Shown in pieces: positions 41,185-55,101 of a stretch of DNA of 64,000 nucleotides. The DNA is from Octopus vulgaris (Eukaryota). Numbering within the stretch: position 1 is the first letter of the stretch; each line of letters begins with the position of its first letter. The notes under the pieces are model-generated. The model ran no database searches. It was given only the letters and a program-made list of their open reading frames with translations, and was not told the DNA's origin. The stretch is from positions 85,126,001 to 85,190,000 of the forward strand of contig OX597818.1 of assembly GCA_951406725.2 (NCBI GenBank), read 5' to 3'. The position numbers were made by a program, and so were the translations under genes.

Positions 41185-43542
41185 CATACACACTCACACA
41201 GGCTTCTTTCAGTTTCCATCTACCAGATTTACTCACAAGGCATTTCCTTTTTGTACTTCCTCCTCCCACTGACCTTATCTAGTTGGGTGGTCCCTCTCTC
41301 GCAAGAGCTAAGTAAAATTCCATTTCAGAAAGCTAGAGAGAGAAGGCATTTGCTGTTGATATATCAGAAATGCTCAAGCTCTGCTTTTTGCTAAACACCA
41401 CCAATAACATTTGTGTGAGTATGTTACCAGTTCTGGGAGTGTGAAAATGGCATCTGTGATGCTCCCTTGTATTAGTGGATCAGAGAGGAGTGCTTAGTCT
41501 GTCTGTATACTTTTCACATAAATAAAAAAGTAAAAACAATCTTGAGTTGACCTGTCTCTGTGTACCTGACTGACTTCTTCTCATACCCCCACCTTAACAT
41601 TCATATGAACACACACACACACATACATACATGCACCCTCTTACACTACTTCAGATCTTATGTTGTATTCAACTATCCCATCTCCCACTGTTTTTGGAGT
41701 GTGTTTGTCCTCTTCACAACAAGCCTTTCATCTTTTCATCCCTCAGTTTTACAAAACTTCTTTCCCCACTCTATTACTAATTCTTTCTTCATCTGTTCCC
41801 CCACTAATTCTCCTATCTTCAAAGGCACCACTCCTTCTACACCCCAACCTTACTGCTGCCACCTTCCACTCCAATTTCTCATTCATTTTTGTGTGCACCT
41901 TTTTGCTTTTTTGTTGTGTGTGTGCTTCATTCAAATTAACATCTTAAAAGCTAGTGAACACTCTCCATTGGTTGTTTCATTGGGTCTCATTTGTTTTTGT
42001 TTTTATTGTTCAAATTCTGGATAGCTCTGAACCAGCAGGTATCAATCATAATGATTAAAGACATGCCAGCCATGATCATCAAACCTGAATTTTTCAGAAA
42101 TAGGCACTGGCATGTTGTGTGGTTATAAGAAGCTTGCTTTGCAACCACTGATTTCAAGTTCAATTGCCACTACTGCTCAGCATCATCAAGAGGTGTCTTT
42201 TACTATAGCCTTGAGCTGCTCAATGTCTTGTGAGTGATAGACAAAAAGCTTTGTGGAAGCCTATCATGGTTAGGGTTAGGGTTAGCCTGTATGGTCATAG
42301 TCCAATGACTAGTAAAAGATTGTGTGTGTTTGTATCATTTACCTTTTACACCCATGCTAGCATGGAAGGCAGATGTTAAACAATGATGATTTTTCAGTCA
42401 AAGAAGGGATTTTGTCACATGAATCAACAACAGCACTTTACTCTTTTAAAGCATAGTACTTGTGCTGAACTGCTAAGTTATGATAACATAAACCAACCAA
42501 CACTAGTTGTCAAGTGGTAATGCTGATCAAACACACACACACACAATGGGCTTCTTTGTGTCCATTTACAAGGCTTTGATTGGCCTAGAACTATAGAAGA
42601 CATTTGCCCAAAGTGCCACACAGTAGGACTGAACCTTGAACTATGTGGTTAGAAAGCAAACTTCTTACCACATAGCCATGCTTCAGAAAAGAAATTTATA
42701 ATTTGGCAGTTGAAATAAAGCCACATTTCCTCTCTAAATACCATAATTGGGAAAGACAGAAAGGAGAAAATGACAAAGAGGAAGCAGAACAGCAAAAAAG
42801 AAAAAAGAGGTAAAAATTTGAAGATAGCTTAAAGCACAAGAAGAGGATGTTTGAAAAAGCTAAGAAAGTGAAGAGAGAGTTTATTAAAAAAATGAAATAG
42901 GGTGGAGCGGAGAAAATTATAAGAGATTATATTGAAGAGAATAAGGCGGTGATTTCGTATATAAAAACATTAAAGATGTCATAACAGTATGAGTTTCTGT
43001 GTGTGGCATGTAGAATAGGTACCTTTTCCTTATGTGTCAATGAGTAAATATATATATATATATATATATAATGTGTATATGATTGAAAGAGTGCTCGAAT
43101 AAATAAGAAAGAATATGTGTGTGTCTGTCTGTTTTCCTTTTTTTTTTTTTTGGTTGCATAGAAGTGAGTGAATCTGGGAGGAAAAATACAAGGAGTAAAA
43201 AATCCATCTCTTTGTACGTTCGCACTTGTGTATATATGCATATATGTTTAAGTGAGAAAGATATCACTGAATAAAGAAATAGAGAGAGGGGGGGGGAAGA
43301 GAATGTAAAGGACCTCTGTGTGTGTGTATTTCTGTGTCTCCTCACACACAATGCACTTAATATAACAAGTTTACACTGTGGGTAGTAAGTCAGAACATTT
43401 AAGTGTAGCTCCCAAGTGTCTTCTTCTATAGACACAGGCTGAGCAAAGGCTTGTGAGTGGATCTGGTACACGGAAACCAAATGAACCACCTCTCTTTTTC
43501 TCTTTCTCGCTCTCTCTCTTGTGTGGTTGGAAAGGAAGCTTC

Positions 43543-43765
43543 TTAACCCTTTAGCATTTAAACCAGCGATATCCAGCCAAAATGTTCTCTGTTTTATGTT
43601 CACACTGGCCAGATCTGGTCTCTCACACTTACCCTACATTGTCATTCTAAAAAATTAAGTTACTTCATCAAAGTCTCATAGCTACAAGATAGTGTATGAT
43701 TAATTCAAAACAATGGGAATAAACAAGTATTACTATTGACAGTAATGTGCACACTAAAAAGTTAA
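43543..43765 (+). mobile_element. piggyBac-like (TTAA-CCCT) MITE
   Basis: ttaaCCCTTTAGCATTTAAACC start; shares internal sequence with copies at ~46405-47012, 54899-55101, 57765-57940 and 58690-58897. Confidence 0.65.
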
Positions 43766-44399
43766 TCACAGTGATGCGCACACTCACACACACACACTCA
43801 CTTATATTGTGTATACCCTTGATTGTCTATGAGCATCACCATCATTCAAATGATGTCTTCCATGTAAACATGTCTGGCTATGGAGAAATATTACCTCACT
43901 TGGAAATATGTAAAGATTGGCAACAGGAAGGGCATTCAGCTGCAGAGAATCTGCTTCAACTAATTTCATCTGATCCCCACAATCATGGAAACATGGATGT
44001 TAAAATGATGATGATGAATGAACCGAAGATCCACAAGTCAATACCCTTCCCAGCTTGTGCAAAATTTGGAAGGAATTTCTGTTTAAGTTTTAATCCTATA
44101 CTTTCTTTTGTTAGAAATAATTGTTATATTGTAGTCAACCTACTCGAGCTGCAGTTTAACAACTATGTCTTGTCTAAATATAGAGCTTAACTAAAGGCAC
44201 TGTAGTTATGACAAATCTACTTAAAGAAGTTCCTGTTGGCAAAGCAGGTTATTTTTGTAGGAGTTAGGTATTTTCCGCTAATTGTTGATTAATAGGAAGC
44301 CATGATAACTTCTGTTGAAGTAGGTGGGTAGACAGTGTAAATGTTGGCGTCAGCCTCTATACTAAAGTGTAAAAGAAATCATTATTATTCTCAGGGTGA

Positions 44400-45655
44400 C
44401 GAAGGTGACAAGCTGATAGAATCATTAGCACATGGGTCAAAATACTTAGCAACATTTCTTCTGGTTTTACATTGTGAGTTCAAATTCCACCAAAGTTGAC
44501 TTTGCCTTTCATCCTTTCAATAAAATAAGGTGCAAATTGAACACTGGTAGATGTAATCAAGTAGCTCCCTGCTCCTAAAATTACAGGCCTTGTTCCTATA
44601 GCAGAAAGAATTATCAGAATAGCTGAATGGCAGAAATACTAAAATACCTTAAGTTCTGAGTTAAAATTCTGTCATAGTTGACTTCTTTACTGATATCTAC
44701 AAAATATGTACCAGTCAAATTCTAAAATTAACTATACCCTTCTTACCAGATGGCAAAATTTGAGAAGCAGTGGATAAAATGCTAGCAGTATATTTAGCCA
44801 CAGCTCTTTTACATTTTGAATTCAGATCACTCTAAGGTGGACTTTGCCTTTCATTGTGACTGAACTGGTCACATTCGATTGACTGTCCTCTTCCTTCACA
44901 CAGATTCTGGTCATGTTTTCTATTAGAAATTATGAGGCACTGAATTCGTAGAATTGTTAGGATAAAAAGAAAAATGCTTTGTTGTATCTGTTCTGGCTCT
45001 TGGCATTCTGATTTGAAATCTTCTATCTTTCCAGGGTCAACAACAAAAATGTACTTTTTAAGTACTGGGATTGATGTAATGAACTAACTCCCACCTTCAA
45101 AATTTCAGACCTTAAAAGAATTATTGTTGTTGTTATTTTGTTAACATGCTGGACAAAATGATTTGTGGCATTTTGTCTATCTTTACATTCCAAGGTCAGA
45201 TTCCACCAAGGTCGACTTTGCCTTTCATCTTTTCAGGGTCAATAGAATAAGAACCAGTCAAGCACTGGAGTCAATGTAATCAATTTAACCACTTCCATTA
45301 AAATTGCTGGCCTTGTGCCAAAACTTGAAACCATTAGTATTATTATTAAGGCGGCAAGCTGGCAGAAATGTTAGCATGCCAGGCAATTTACTTAGTGGTA
45401 TTTCGTCTGCGTTACGTTGTGAGTTCAAATTCCGCACTGGGGTCGATGTAATCGACTTAATACCTATGTCTGTCCTTGTTTGTCCCCTCTGTGTTTAGCC
45501 CCTTGTGGGTAATAAAGAAATAGAAATAGGTATTTCGTTTGTTTTTATGTTCATTCCACTTAGGCCAACTTTGCCTTTCATCCTTTTGAGGTCAATGTAA
45601 TCGACTAGCCCCTTCCCCCAAAATTTCAGGCCTTGTGCTTATAATAGAAAGGATT
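44400..45655 (+). mobile_element. Head-to-tail cluster of about 6-7 SINE B copies or fragments
   Basis: Recurrent gagttcaaattcc...gactttgcctttcat...gatgtaatc...caggccttg units separated by (att)n. Confidence 0.85.
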
Positions 45656-46404
45656 ATTATTATTATTACTGCTACTGTTGTGCCACTAAAAAATAATTTG
45701 TGTTGCTTTCACAGTAATAGCTGCTTTTAAGCTCTGACAGTTGAAATACTTGCTTATACATTCACACACACATTAAGACTTTGACATACGCTAACGCATT
45801 CATCCTAAATGTAATGGTTCCTCAAAATTTAGAAGATAATATCTAGTTTACATTTCATCATATCTTTTTTTAAATTCTTTTACTAGCATGGCTACTTAGA
45901 CAGAAAGAAATCCAGGTTTCACATTTTCTCTCTGGTCTTTTTTTATACTATTTTAAAAAATTTTTGTTTCCACTTGAAACAAGAATAAACATAAAATTTC
46001 CTGAGATTCCGTTTGCCATTGTCATCTGAAACAGTCTGAATGTCTGTCAAGTTGTTGCTGCCAAGATGACTAGGCATCGCTGCCAAAGTGGTTATTTCTC
46101 TTTTTAATTAGTAAGTGGAAGCTTTATGTCCTGGTTGCATAGTTAATTTGTTATTTGGTCATGTGGAATGGTAAAGCATATTAAAGCTACATAGAAAGTA
46201 GAGTACAGTAGTTAGCGGGGATATCATTTTCAAATGCATACTTTTAGTATACTTTCTTTTCTTTTTTCTTTTTTAAATTATATCTGTTATATGTGAGCTG
46301 ATCCACATAGGAAAGTTTGTGTAAAATTTCAGTATCATATAATCATGATTATCAACTTCACTATTGACCTTATGATGTTTATTTTAATGTTGACCCCAAC
46401 TTTT

Positions 46405-46543
46405 ATCCTTTACCATTCAGATTATAAATCAATAATAATGCTTATTTATTCACATTGTTTTGAATTAATCATATATTATCTTGTAGCCTTGCAATTTCAA
46501 TAACTTTACTGTATATTTTTAGAATGTCATATCTCTCTATCTC

Positions 46544-46606
<63 letters not shown>

Positions 46607-46633
46607 CTATATATATATACACCAACTTTCTCA

Positions 46634-46672
<39 letters not shown>

Positions 46673-47012
46673 GCTTCTTTCAGTTTCTGTCTACTAAATC
46701 CACTCACAAGGCTTTGGTTAGCCCGAGGCTATTGTACAAGACACTTGCCCAAGGTGCCATGCAATAAGACAGAACCTAGAACCATATGGCGGGGAAGCAA
46801 GCTTCTTACCACACAGCCATGCTTGTGCCTTATCCACATTGTTTTGAATTAATCAAGCATTATCTCAATAGCTTCAAGATTTCAATGAACTGATTCTTTA
46901 GTTTTACAGTGACATTATAGGGTAAGTGTGAGAGTCTGCAACTGGTTGGTTTGAACATAAAACAGGTAGGATATTTTGGCTGGAGGTGCCTGGTTCAAAT
47001 ACTAAAGGGTTA
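46405..47012 (-). mobile_element. piggyBac-like MITE(s) interrupted by a microsatellite and SINE
   Basis: cctttaccattcag ... aaatactaaagggttaa; internal cacattgttttgaattaatca is present twice, either side of the SINE at 46670-46830. Confidence 0.6.
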
Positions 47013-47219
47013 ATTTAGATAAAGAGTGTGGAACCTTTGGTACTATGCATTGGTACCAAGTTCAGGTAATGGTATAGTTTTCAGTTTAAAGATATTAAAT
47101 TGTGTGATAGTTCTAAATGAGTGTCACTGTCATACAAGTTTTCATTCATTTCCAATATTCTGTGAAAACTATGTTTGACCATGGGAAAGTATTACCTTTC
47201 ATGGGAAATATCTTTTATC

Positions 47220-47805
47220 CATTGCTTGTTTTAATTATTAGACTGTGGCCATGCTGAGGCATCACCTTGAAAGATTTTAGTCAAACAAGTCAAGTCTAGT
47301 ACTTATAGTTTTTATTATTCTACCAGTCGCTTTCTGCCAAACTGCTAGCTTACAGAGATGTAAACAAACCAACACCAAGTCGTCAAGCAATAGTGGGGCT
47401 AAATACAAGCACAAAGATACACAAACATGTAGATACATACATATATATATATTTCTTTACTACCCACAAGGGGCTAAACATAGAAGGGACAAACAAGGAC
47501 AGACAAAGAGATTAAGTCTATTACATCGACCACAGTGCGTAACTGGTACTTAATTTATCGACCCCGAAAGGATGAAAGGCAAAGTCGACCTCGGCGGAAT
47601 TTGAACCCACAACGTAACGGCAGACGAAATACGGCTACGCATTTCGCCCGGAGTGCTAACGTTTCTGCCAGCTCGCCGCCTTGATTGGCTTATTTCAGTT
47701 TCCATCTACCAAATTTGCTCCCAAGGCTTCTGTTGGCCCAGGGCTGGGACTGAACCCAGAACCATGTGGTTAGGGTGCAAGCTTCTTTCCACAGAGCTAT
47801 GCCTG
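47220..47805 (-). mobile_element. Old SINE A hosting a young SINE B
   Basis: A tail at 47220-47440 and A head at 47685-47805. Confidence 0.8.
47451..47682 (-). mobile_element. SINE family B (Nin-domain-like), young intact copy
   Basis: rc: aaggcggcgagctggcagaaacgttagc...gttcaaattccgccgaggtcgactttgcctttcatcctttcggggtcgataaattaagtacc...gtgggtagtaaagaaat; CpGs intact. Confidence 0.9.
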
Positions 47806-50344
47806 GTGAAATATTACCAAATGGAGGGTAGGTGGCAGGAAGTGCATCTGGCAGTAAAAATTCTGCCTCAATAAAACTCCATCCAACTCCTACAAACTAG
47901 GAAAAGTAGGTGTTATAATGATGATGATCATCATCATATACTTAACATTTCATCTAGCCGACTTATGTTAAGTAGCTATATGAAGTATGTGCAAACTCTT
48001 GCCATGAGGCTACAAAGTTTAGGTACCAGAATAGAACCTTTGTGTCTGTACTTCAGTCTAAGGAACCAGCAGGCGCTATTCTTTATCTCTGTTTTCCACT
48101 CTCTGAACTTTCTTTGTTTGTATGCACACTTATAAACACAGACACACATACAGGGACAATCGGTTTCTTCTCATTCTGCTACTTATTTAAGTATCAAATT
48201 TTAATACTTAAGTGGTATATTTTGGCTGGTACCTAGTTTTGGGTTTCAATTCTGAAGGGGTGAGTGTGTGATGTGAAGGTTGTACTAGAATTTCGTCACT
48301 CATCTGTTCATTCCTTCATTTATTCATTTTATCTTTTACTTGTTTCTGTCATTGGACTGCGACCATGCTGGCACCATGCCTTAAAGTGTTTAGTTGCACA
48401 AATCAGCCCCAGTACTCAATTTTTATATTTTTAAAGTCTGGTGTTTACTCTATCACTCTCTTTTGTTGAACTGCTAAGTTACAGAGATGTAGACAAGGTG
48501 ACACTGGTTGTCAAGCAATGGTGGTGGTGGTGGTGATGGGGTGGGGAACAGAATGCAAAGATACACACGCATATATACAATACTACATGGTACTAACTTA
48601 TAAAAGTGTTTAGTATACTTTGTAGCATATTGTGGTTGCATAACGAAATACTGTGTACCTACAAGTCATTAATATTTACTATCAGCTTTGAGGAATGTTT
48701 AATATGTAAATTGGTATGTCCAATAATGAGGACTATAGTAGACACTTGCCCAAAGTGCCATGAGGTGAGACTGAACCTGGAACTGTGTTAAGAGTCTATA
48801 GTGATGAGGGAGGAGATATCAGTTGGATGTCTCTTTTACTTGTTTCAATCACTGAACTGTGGCCATGCTGAGCACCACTTAAAAGGATTTAGTTGAACTT
48901 AGCAACCCAGTACATATCTTTAAGCCTGTTACTTATTATTTTATCAGTCTCTTTTGCTGAATCACTAAGTTACAGGGGACATAAACAGATGAACAACAGC
49001 GGTGTTCAGCTGTACCAAACTGGAACCCAGTGCAGCCCTGCGACTTACTGGTTCCAGTCAAACCATCTAATCCATTCCAGCATGGAAAACAGATGCTAAA
49101 TGATGATGATGATGATTGTCAAGTGTTGGTGAAGAACAAACACAATGACAGACACACACATATATGGTGGGCTTCCACACAGTTTCCATCCGTCAAATTC
49201 ACTCTCATGGCATTTGTTGGCCTAGAGCTTTAGTAGTAGACACTTATCTTAGGTGCCGTGCAGTGGGGCTGAACCTGAAACCACACAGTTTCAAGTTCAA
49301 AATGAGCTTCTTAACCATAGAGTCAATTTTATTTTTGTTTTGTTTTTATTTTAATTATATCATCAAAATTATTTTGTTACGGATAACTTAACAACTGTGT
49401 TAACACCCTGTAGCCATAACAAAAACACTTGCGTAACATCCTGTATTTTGATGGTCTTTTGACAAAAAACAATCAAAAAAATATTAACACGCAATGAATG
49501 CCATGATGTCATATCATGTGTGATAAAAAATATACCACACCTTCTGTTCTCATTTTTTTTAATATTTATTGCGCAGAAAAATTTTGTTCATCTTTCTCGC
49601 TTCTCTTTCAAACAAAATAAAAATTTACTGCTCCAGCATCACCACCACCACCTAAAAACAATATAATTTGGTAAAATGATACCAAAAAAATCATTTGATA
49701 TTTTCATCAGTGAACTGTTATGATTTTCAACAAAAGATTCGAACAAGTGTTTATTTTCTATAATAATAATAAATAATAATAATAATAATTGTATTATTAA
49801 TTGTAATAATAATAATGATAATAACAGTAAATGTTAATAAAATTTTATATTATTATATCATTATAATTTTACTTGTTTTGTGATTGCTGTTTGTTTTGTC
49901 TTTTTACATACTGTTTATTATTATATATCATTATTATTATTATTACCATTATTATTTTCATCATTATTATTATTAGTTTTATTGTTTAGTCTTTGAAGAT
50001 ATCATTGTCACCTTGTTATTGCTTTACTGTATAGAACAATGGCTGGGAAATTTAAATTGAAAGATAATTGAAAAAGTAAAAAGAAAGACAAGTAAAAAAA
50101 TTAAAAGAAAAGAATAAAAAGTCCAAAGTCAGCTACTTCTCGAAGACTTTGATATAAACACTTGATAGATCTTGTTACTGGTAGTGATGATAGTGATGAA
50201 GATAATTAAAAGCAAGATTTTTATTTCATAATTTTTGAGCCAATCTATTCTAGAAGTTTATTATTTTGAATTAAAATTTTTTCTTTTTCGGCTGAAGTAA
50301 CGCTGTATTCCATTCCTGATGACGATGATGATGATAGTAATAAT

Positions 50345-51475
50345 TCCTTTCTAATATAGGCACAGGGTCTGAAATTTTGAGGTAGTTAGTTAGTTGATTA
50401 CCTTGACCTCAGTGCTTGATTGATTCTTATTTTATCAGCCGTGGAAGATGAAAGGCAAAGTTGACCTCAGTAGAATTTTAACTCAAAATGTAACACCAGA
50501 GGAAATACTGTTGAGCATTTCATGTGGTGAGCTTAATGGTTCTGCCAGCTCACTTCCTTAATTCTTTCTGTGATTGGCACGAGGCCTGAAATTTAGTGAG
50601 AGGGACTAGTTAGTTACATCGACCCCTGCACTCAACTGGTATTTTATCAACCCAGAAAGGAAGAAAGGTGAAGTAGACTCAACAGGATTAGAACTCAGAA
50701 CATAAGGAGTCGGAATAAATGCCACTAAGCATTTGGTCCTATGTGCAAATGATTCTGCCAGGTTGCCACTTTTTAAATAATAAAAATAATAATTTCAAAT
50801 TTTGGTACAAGGCCAGTAATTTCAGGGGAGGAGTATGTTGATTACAGCAACCCCAGTGTTCAACTAGTACATACTTTATCAACTCCGAAAGGATGAAAGG
50901 CCAAGTCGACCTTGGTAGCATTTGACAGACAAAACACCATGCTAGCAATTCTGCCAGCTTGCCATCTTTTTAATGATAATAATAATGGTTTCAAATTTTA
51001 GCATGAAGCCAGCAATTTTAGGGGCAATGGGTTAGTTGATTATATAGACTGGTACTTTTTATTGATTCCAGAAGGATGAAAGGCAAAGTTAACCCTGGCT
51101 GAATTTGAATTCAGAATTTGAAAAAATATCAGAAGTTTCAAATAGCCATTTTGTGACTTGCTAACAATTCTGCCAGCTTGCTGCCCTAATAATGATGGAA
51201 GGCAAAGTTGAACTCAAAACAAGAAGTCAGTCAAAATGCTGCTAAACAGTTTGCCCAGCATGCCACCTTGACTAATAATAAGGATAATAATGTTTCTAAT
51301 TGAGGCACAAGGCCAGCATCTTTGGCATAAGTGTTTACTTATTACCAATAGATCTGGTACTTTATTTTATTGATCTCAGGGGAATGAAAGACAATGTTGA
51401 TTTCAGCAGGGTTTGAACTCAGAGTGTAAAAACCTGGATTGAAATAATGCTCAAATGATTCTGCCAGCTTGCAAC
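50345..51475 (-). mobile_element. Head-to-tail cluster of about 6 SINE B copies or fragments
   Basis: Recurrent ggcacaaggcc...gatgaaaggcaaagt...ttctgccagct units separated by (aat)n. Confidence 0.85.
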
Positions 51476-51521
51476 CTATACTACTACTACTGCTACTACT
51501 ATTGCTGCTGCTGCTGCTACC

Positions 51522-51555
<34 letters not shown>

Positions 51556-52193
51556 GTAGTAGTAGCAGTAGTAGTAGTAGTAGTAGTATTGGCAAAAAAA
51601 AAAACAGGCGAAAATAAGTGATATGTTTGCATATAGGAATTCAAGCATGTGTACGTTTATATTTTGGTGGGGCCAGAAGGGTTTTATTGTGGTCATGGGG
51701 TGAGTGAATAAACTCTTTGGACTGTGAGATTAGTGTCTGCTGCTGTAGTCTTTTTGTATTGGAGTGAATGACACGGAGTTGTAATGTTCCTGTTGCATGA
51801 AATGATGATGAAGGAATATACCTGCACAGATGTGTGGTTAGAAGTTTGCTTCCAAACCACATTGTCTTGGGTCCAGTCCCACTCTAAGACACCTTGGGCT
51901 GGACAAGTGTTTTCTACTTCATCCCCAGGCTGACCAAAGCCTTGTGAGTGGATTTGGTTGGCAGAAACTGAAAGAAGTCGGCGAGCGGGTGAAATACTTA
52001 GTGGTATTTCATCTGCCACTGAGTTCAAATTCCGTTGAGGTCGACTTTGCCTTTCATCCTTTTGGGGTCAATAAATTAAGTACCAGTTACACACTGGGTC
52101 GATGTAATTGACTTAATCCCTTTCTCTGTCCTTATTTGTTCCCTCTGTGTTTAGCCCGATATGGGCAATAAAGAAATAAGAAACTGAAAGAAG

Positions 52194-52224
<31 letters not shown>

Positions 52225-54354
52225 TACTATTCCCTTGCCTTGACTTTATGTGTTAGTTATAAGTGTATATCAACAACATGCAATTTGTATTCTTGATTTC
52301 CAATCTTTTGTGGAAACAGCTGTTCATGGGGAATACTACGTTATTTGAAAACAACTGAGGGTTGGTGACAGAAAGGACATCCAGCTATAGAAAATCTAAC
52401 TTGAAATATTCTATCTTACCTATTGCAAAAAAGTGGATGTTAAACAATAGTGATATGTATAACCCTAAATCACTGGAGCTGTTAGGTTCCTTGAGGTTAT
52501 CATTGCTCTGCAAAAATAAACTGTAAAAAAAAATCCAAGACAGTCCTGAAAAGGATAAATATATTTACTAGACTCATGAAATATGTCTTTTTTGGTTGAA
52601 AAAAAACAATAAGTACAATTTGAGCACTGGGTTGATGTAATTGACTTACCTGTTCCCCTTAAAATTGCTGGCCTTGTGCAAACATTTGAAACCAATATTC
52701 TTACTGCAGTGATAGTTATAATGATGATAGTGATGACATAAATACCAAAGTTGTTATTAAATAGAATTACATTATGCATTTAATTTTGTTATGAATAAAT
52801 TATCCATTATAATTCTTTAAATACTCTCCCCCATGTATCCCTCTCCTCCTCCTTTTTTTCTTCTCCACCTCCTCTGTTTCATGTACATTTTCCTCTTCAT
52901 CTCACCACCATACCTCTCCCTTTCTTTTTCTTTTCATTCCTTCCCTCATTATTCCTCTATCCTTCTCTCTTTCGCTCTCTCTTTTCATTCCTTTCCCCCA
53001 TTATTTCTCTACCCTTCTCTCTCTCTGTCTACCTCTCCGTCTCTCTTTCTCTTTGCTCCTGTCTATTCATATCTCCCTCTCTGTTTCTCTTTCATATATA
53101 CACTTTCCACTTCCATCATAGTCTTCTTTATTCATCCTTCCCTCGTCCTCCTCATTCCCACCCCATTACTACCATTTTTCACTCTCTCTTGTTTTGGGCA
53201 TGTTTTAATTCCAGGAACAAGTGTTATTCGTAATGGAGAAGGTTTTTATCACCAAGTTGCATCATACCCAAACACATTGCATCTCTTTGTATATCTCTTT
53301 TACTCCTCCTATTTTTGTTACTTTATACCTTTATTATTTTTTGTTCATATTTCCCATACCATTCTGTTGCCATTCCACCCAAACCACCACCTAGACCTCC
53401 ACCATCACAACCATCTCAAATACCATTAGCACCACCACCACATCCAACACCATCAACACTACTGCCTCCAACATTATCGGTATCACCTCTACTTTCACCA
53501 CTGTTGCCAATGCCTCTACCATCATGTCCACTGCCACAGCCATCACTACCACTGTGTCTACCACCATCACTTCCAATACCATCACCACCTCCAATACCAC
53601 CACCCCTTTTATACTCAACCCTGACACAGCTGAAACTTTGTGACAAGATTTCTATTTATTTATTTATTTAAAAAAAAAACAGCAACATATTAAAGGCAAA
53701 GAATAGAGAAACAAGGAACTGATATTAAAAGCAAGACCTCATGAAGATCCAAGAAGCAATTTTATTATTGTTATTATTATTATTATTATTATCATCATTA
53801 TTATTATTATTATTATTATTATTTTCATTATTATTATTATACATTAAAACTTAGATACCCTAACAACATCCTTGGAGAGATATATCCTTGCTGGAATTTA
53901 ATCCCAAAACATTAGCCTTTGGGAATCTAAAATTACTGGAGAGGCACTGCATGAATTGAATGGAATAGAAATGGCAACGTTTGGGAGGGTGTAGAGGAGG
54001 ATGGTGGGAATTATTATAAGTAAATTTTTGTTTTCCTTTTTATCTTTTTAAAAGTGAGCTCTTTCATAATTGTTTGATAAACGATGCCATTTAGAAATAA
54101 ATTTCTCTACCCCACTCTCACTAATAATAAATAAGGCATGGTTTAAATGGAGTTTCTTCAAATAAAATAAAATTTTTTCCTGGAAAAGTAAATAACAAAA
54201 ACAAAAACAACAACAGTAATACATCAAATGAATAAGATTTCCTTTTCATATTTTGTTTTTGCCATAGTCATTCCAGAGTATGAATTGCACATTGTGTATG
54301 TATGTACATATGAATATACATTCTTCTAAATGAGCTGTTAAAATGATAATGACG

Positions 54355-54395
<41 letters not shown>

Positions 54396-54574
54396 TGTGT
54401 GTGTGTGTAATTTTTAATGGTGGAACTTGAAGTAGATAAAGCTAGAAATGATAACATGTGGAATGTTGATTGAGAAAAGAAACTTTGGATAAAGTATAAA
54501 GATATCCATTGGACTTCATATTTCTCAAAATCTCTGAATCCTAATAATATATGTGTATCATAATGTGTGTCTCC

Positions 54575-54606
<32 letters not shown>

Positions 54607-54609
54607 GTG

Positions 54610-54645
<36 letters not shown>

Positions 54646-54898
54646 TACATGTATGTAAACATATAGTAGGTAAACAAACATGGCAAATTTAACTATTTCT
54701 TTATAGATTGAAAAAGAAATGATTGAACAGTCTTAATCAATTTTGAAACCTTATTGGGTTCTTGTCAAAGGTGTCTTCATCACTTAACCAATCTCAGAGA
54801 ATTAAGCTGTCAATACCCTGCTGATATCAACATCAAATCCAGTAGCTTTAGTGAATTGAAGCTACTAATTTGCATGCTATAAGTATTTAACACTTAAT

Positions 54899-55101
54899 TT
54901 AACGCTTCAGCATTCAGATTATTCTGCCTTAAGTAATGCTTATTTACTTAACATTGTTTTGAATTAATCATACATGATGTGATTGTATATTTTTAGTATG
55001 TCATTGTTGGTTAGATGTGAGAGGTCAAATCAGGCCAGTTTGAGTTTAAAGCAAATTGAATATTTGGGCCAGATATGGCTGGTTTAAATGCTAAGGGTCA
55101 A
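54899..55101 (-). mobile_element. piggyBac-like MITE
   Basis: ttaacgcttcagcattcag ... ggtttaaatgctaagggtcaa. Confidence 0.6.

Noticed and set aside
52833-53671. Longest ORFs (198 aa F/S/L-rich; 118 aa Pro-rich)
   Set aside because: They are translations of CT-rich and (CCA)n low-complexity DNA, with no domain and no convincing splice context.
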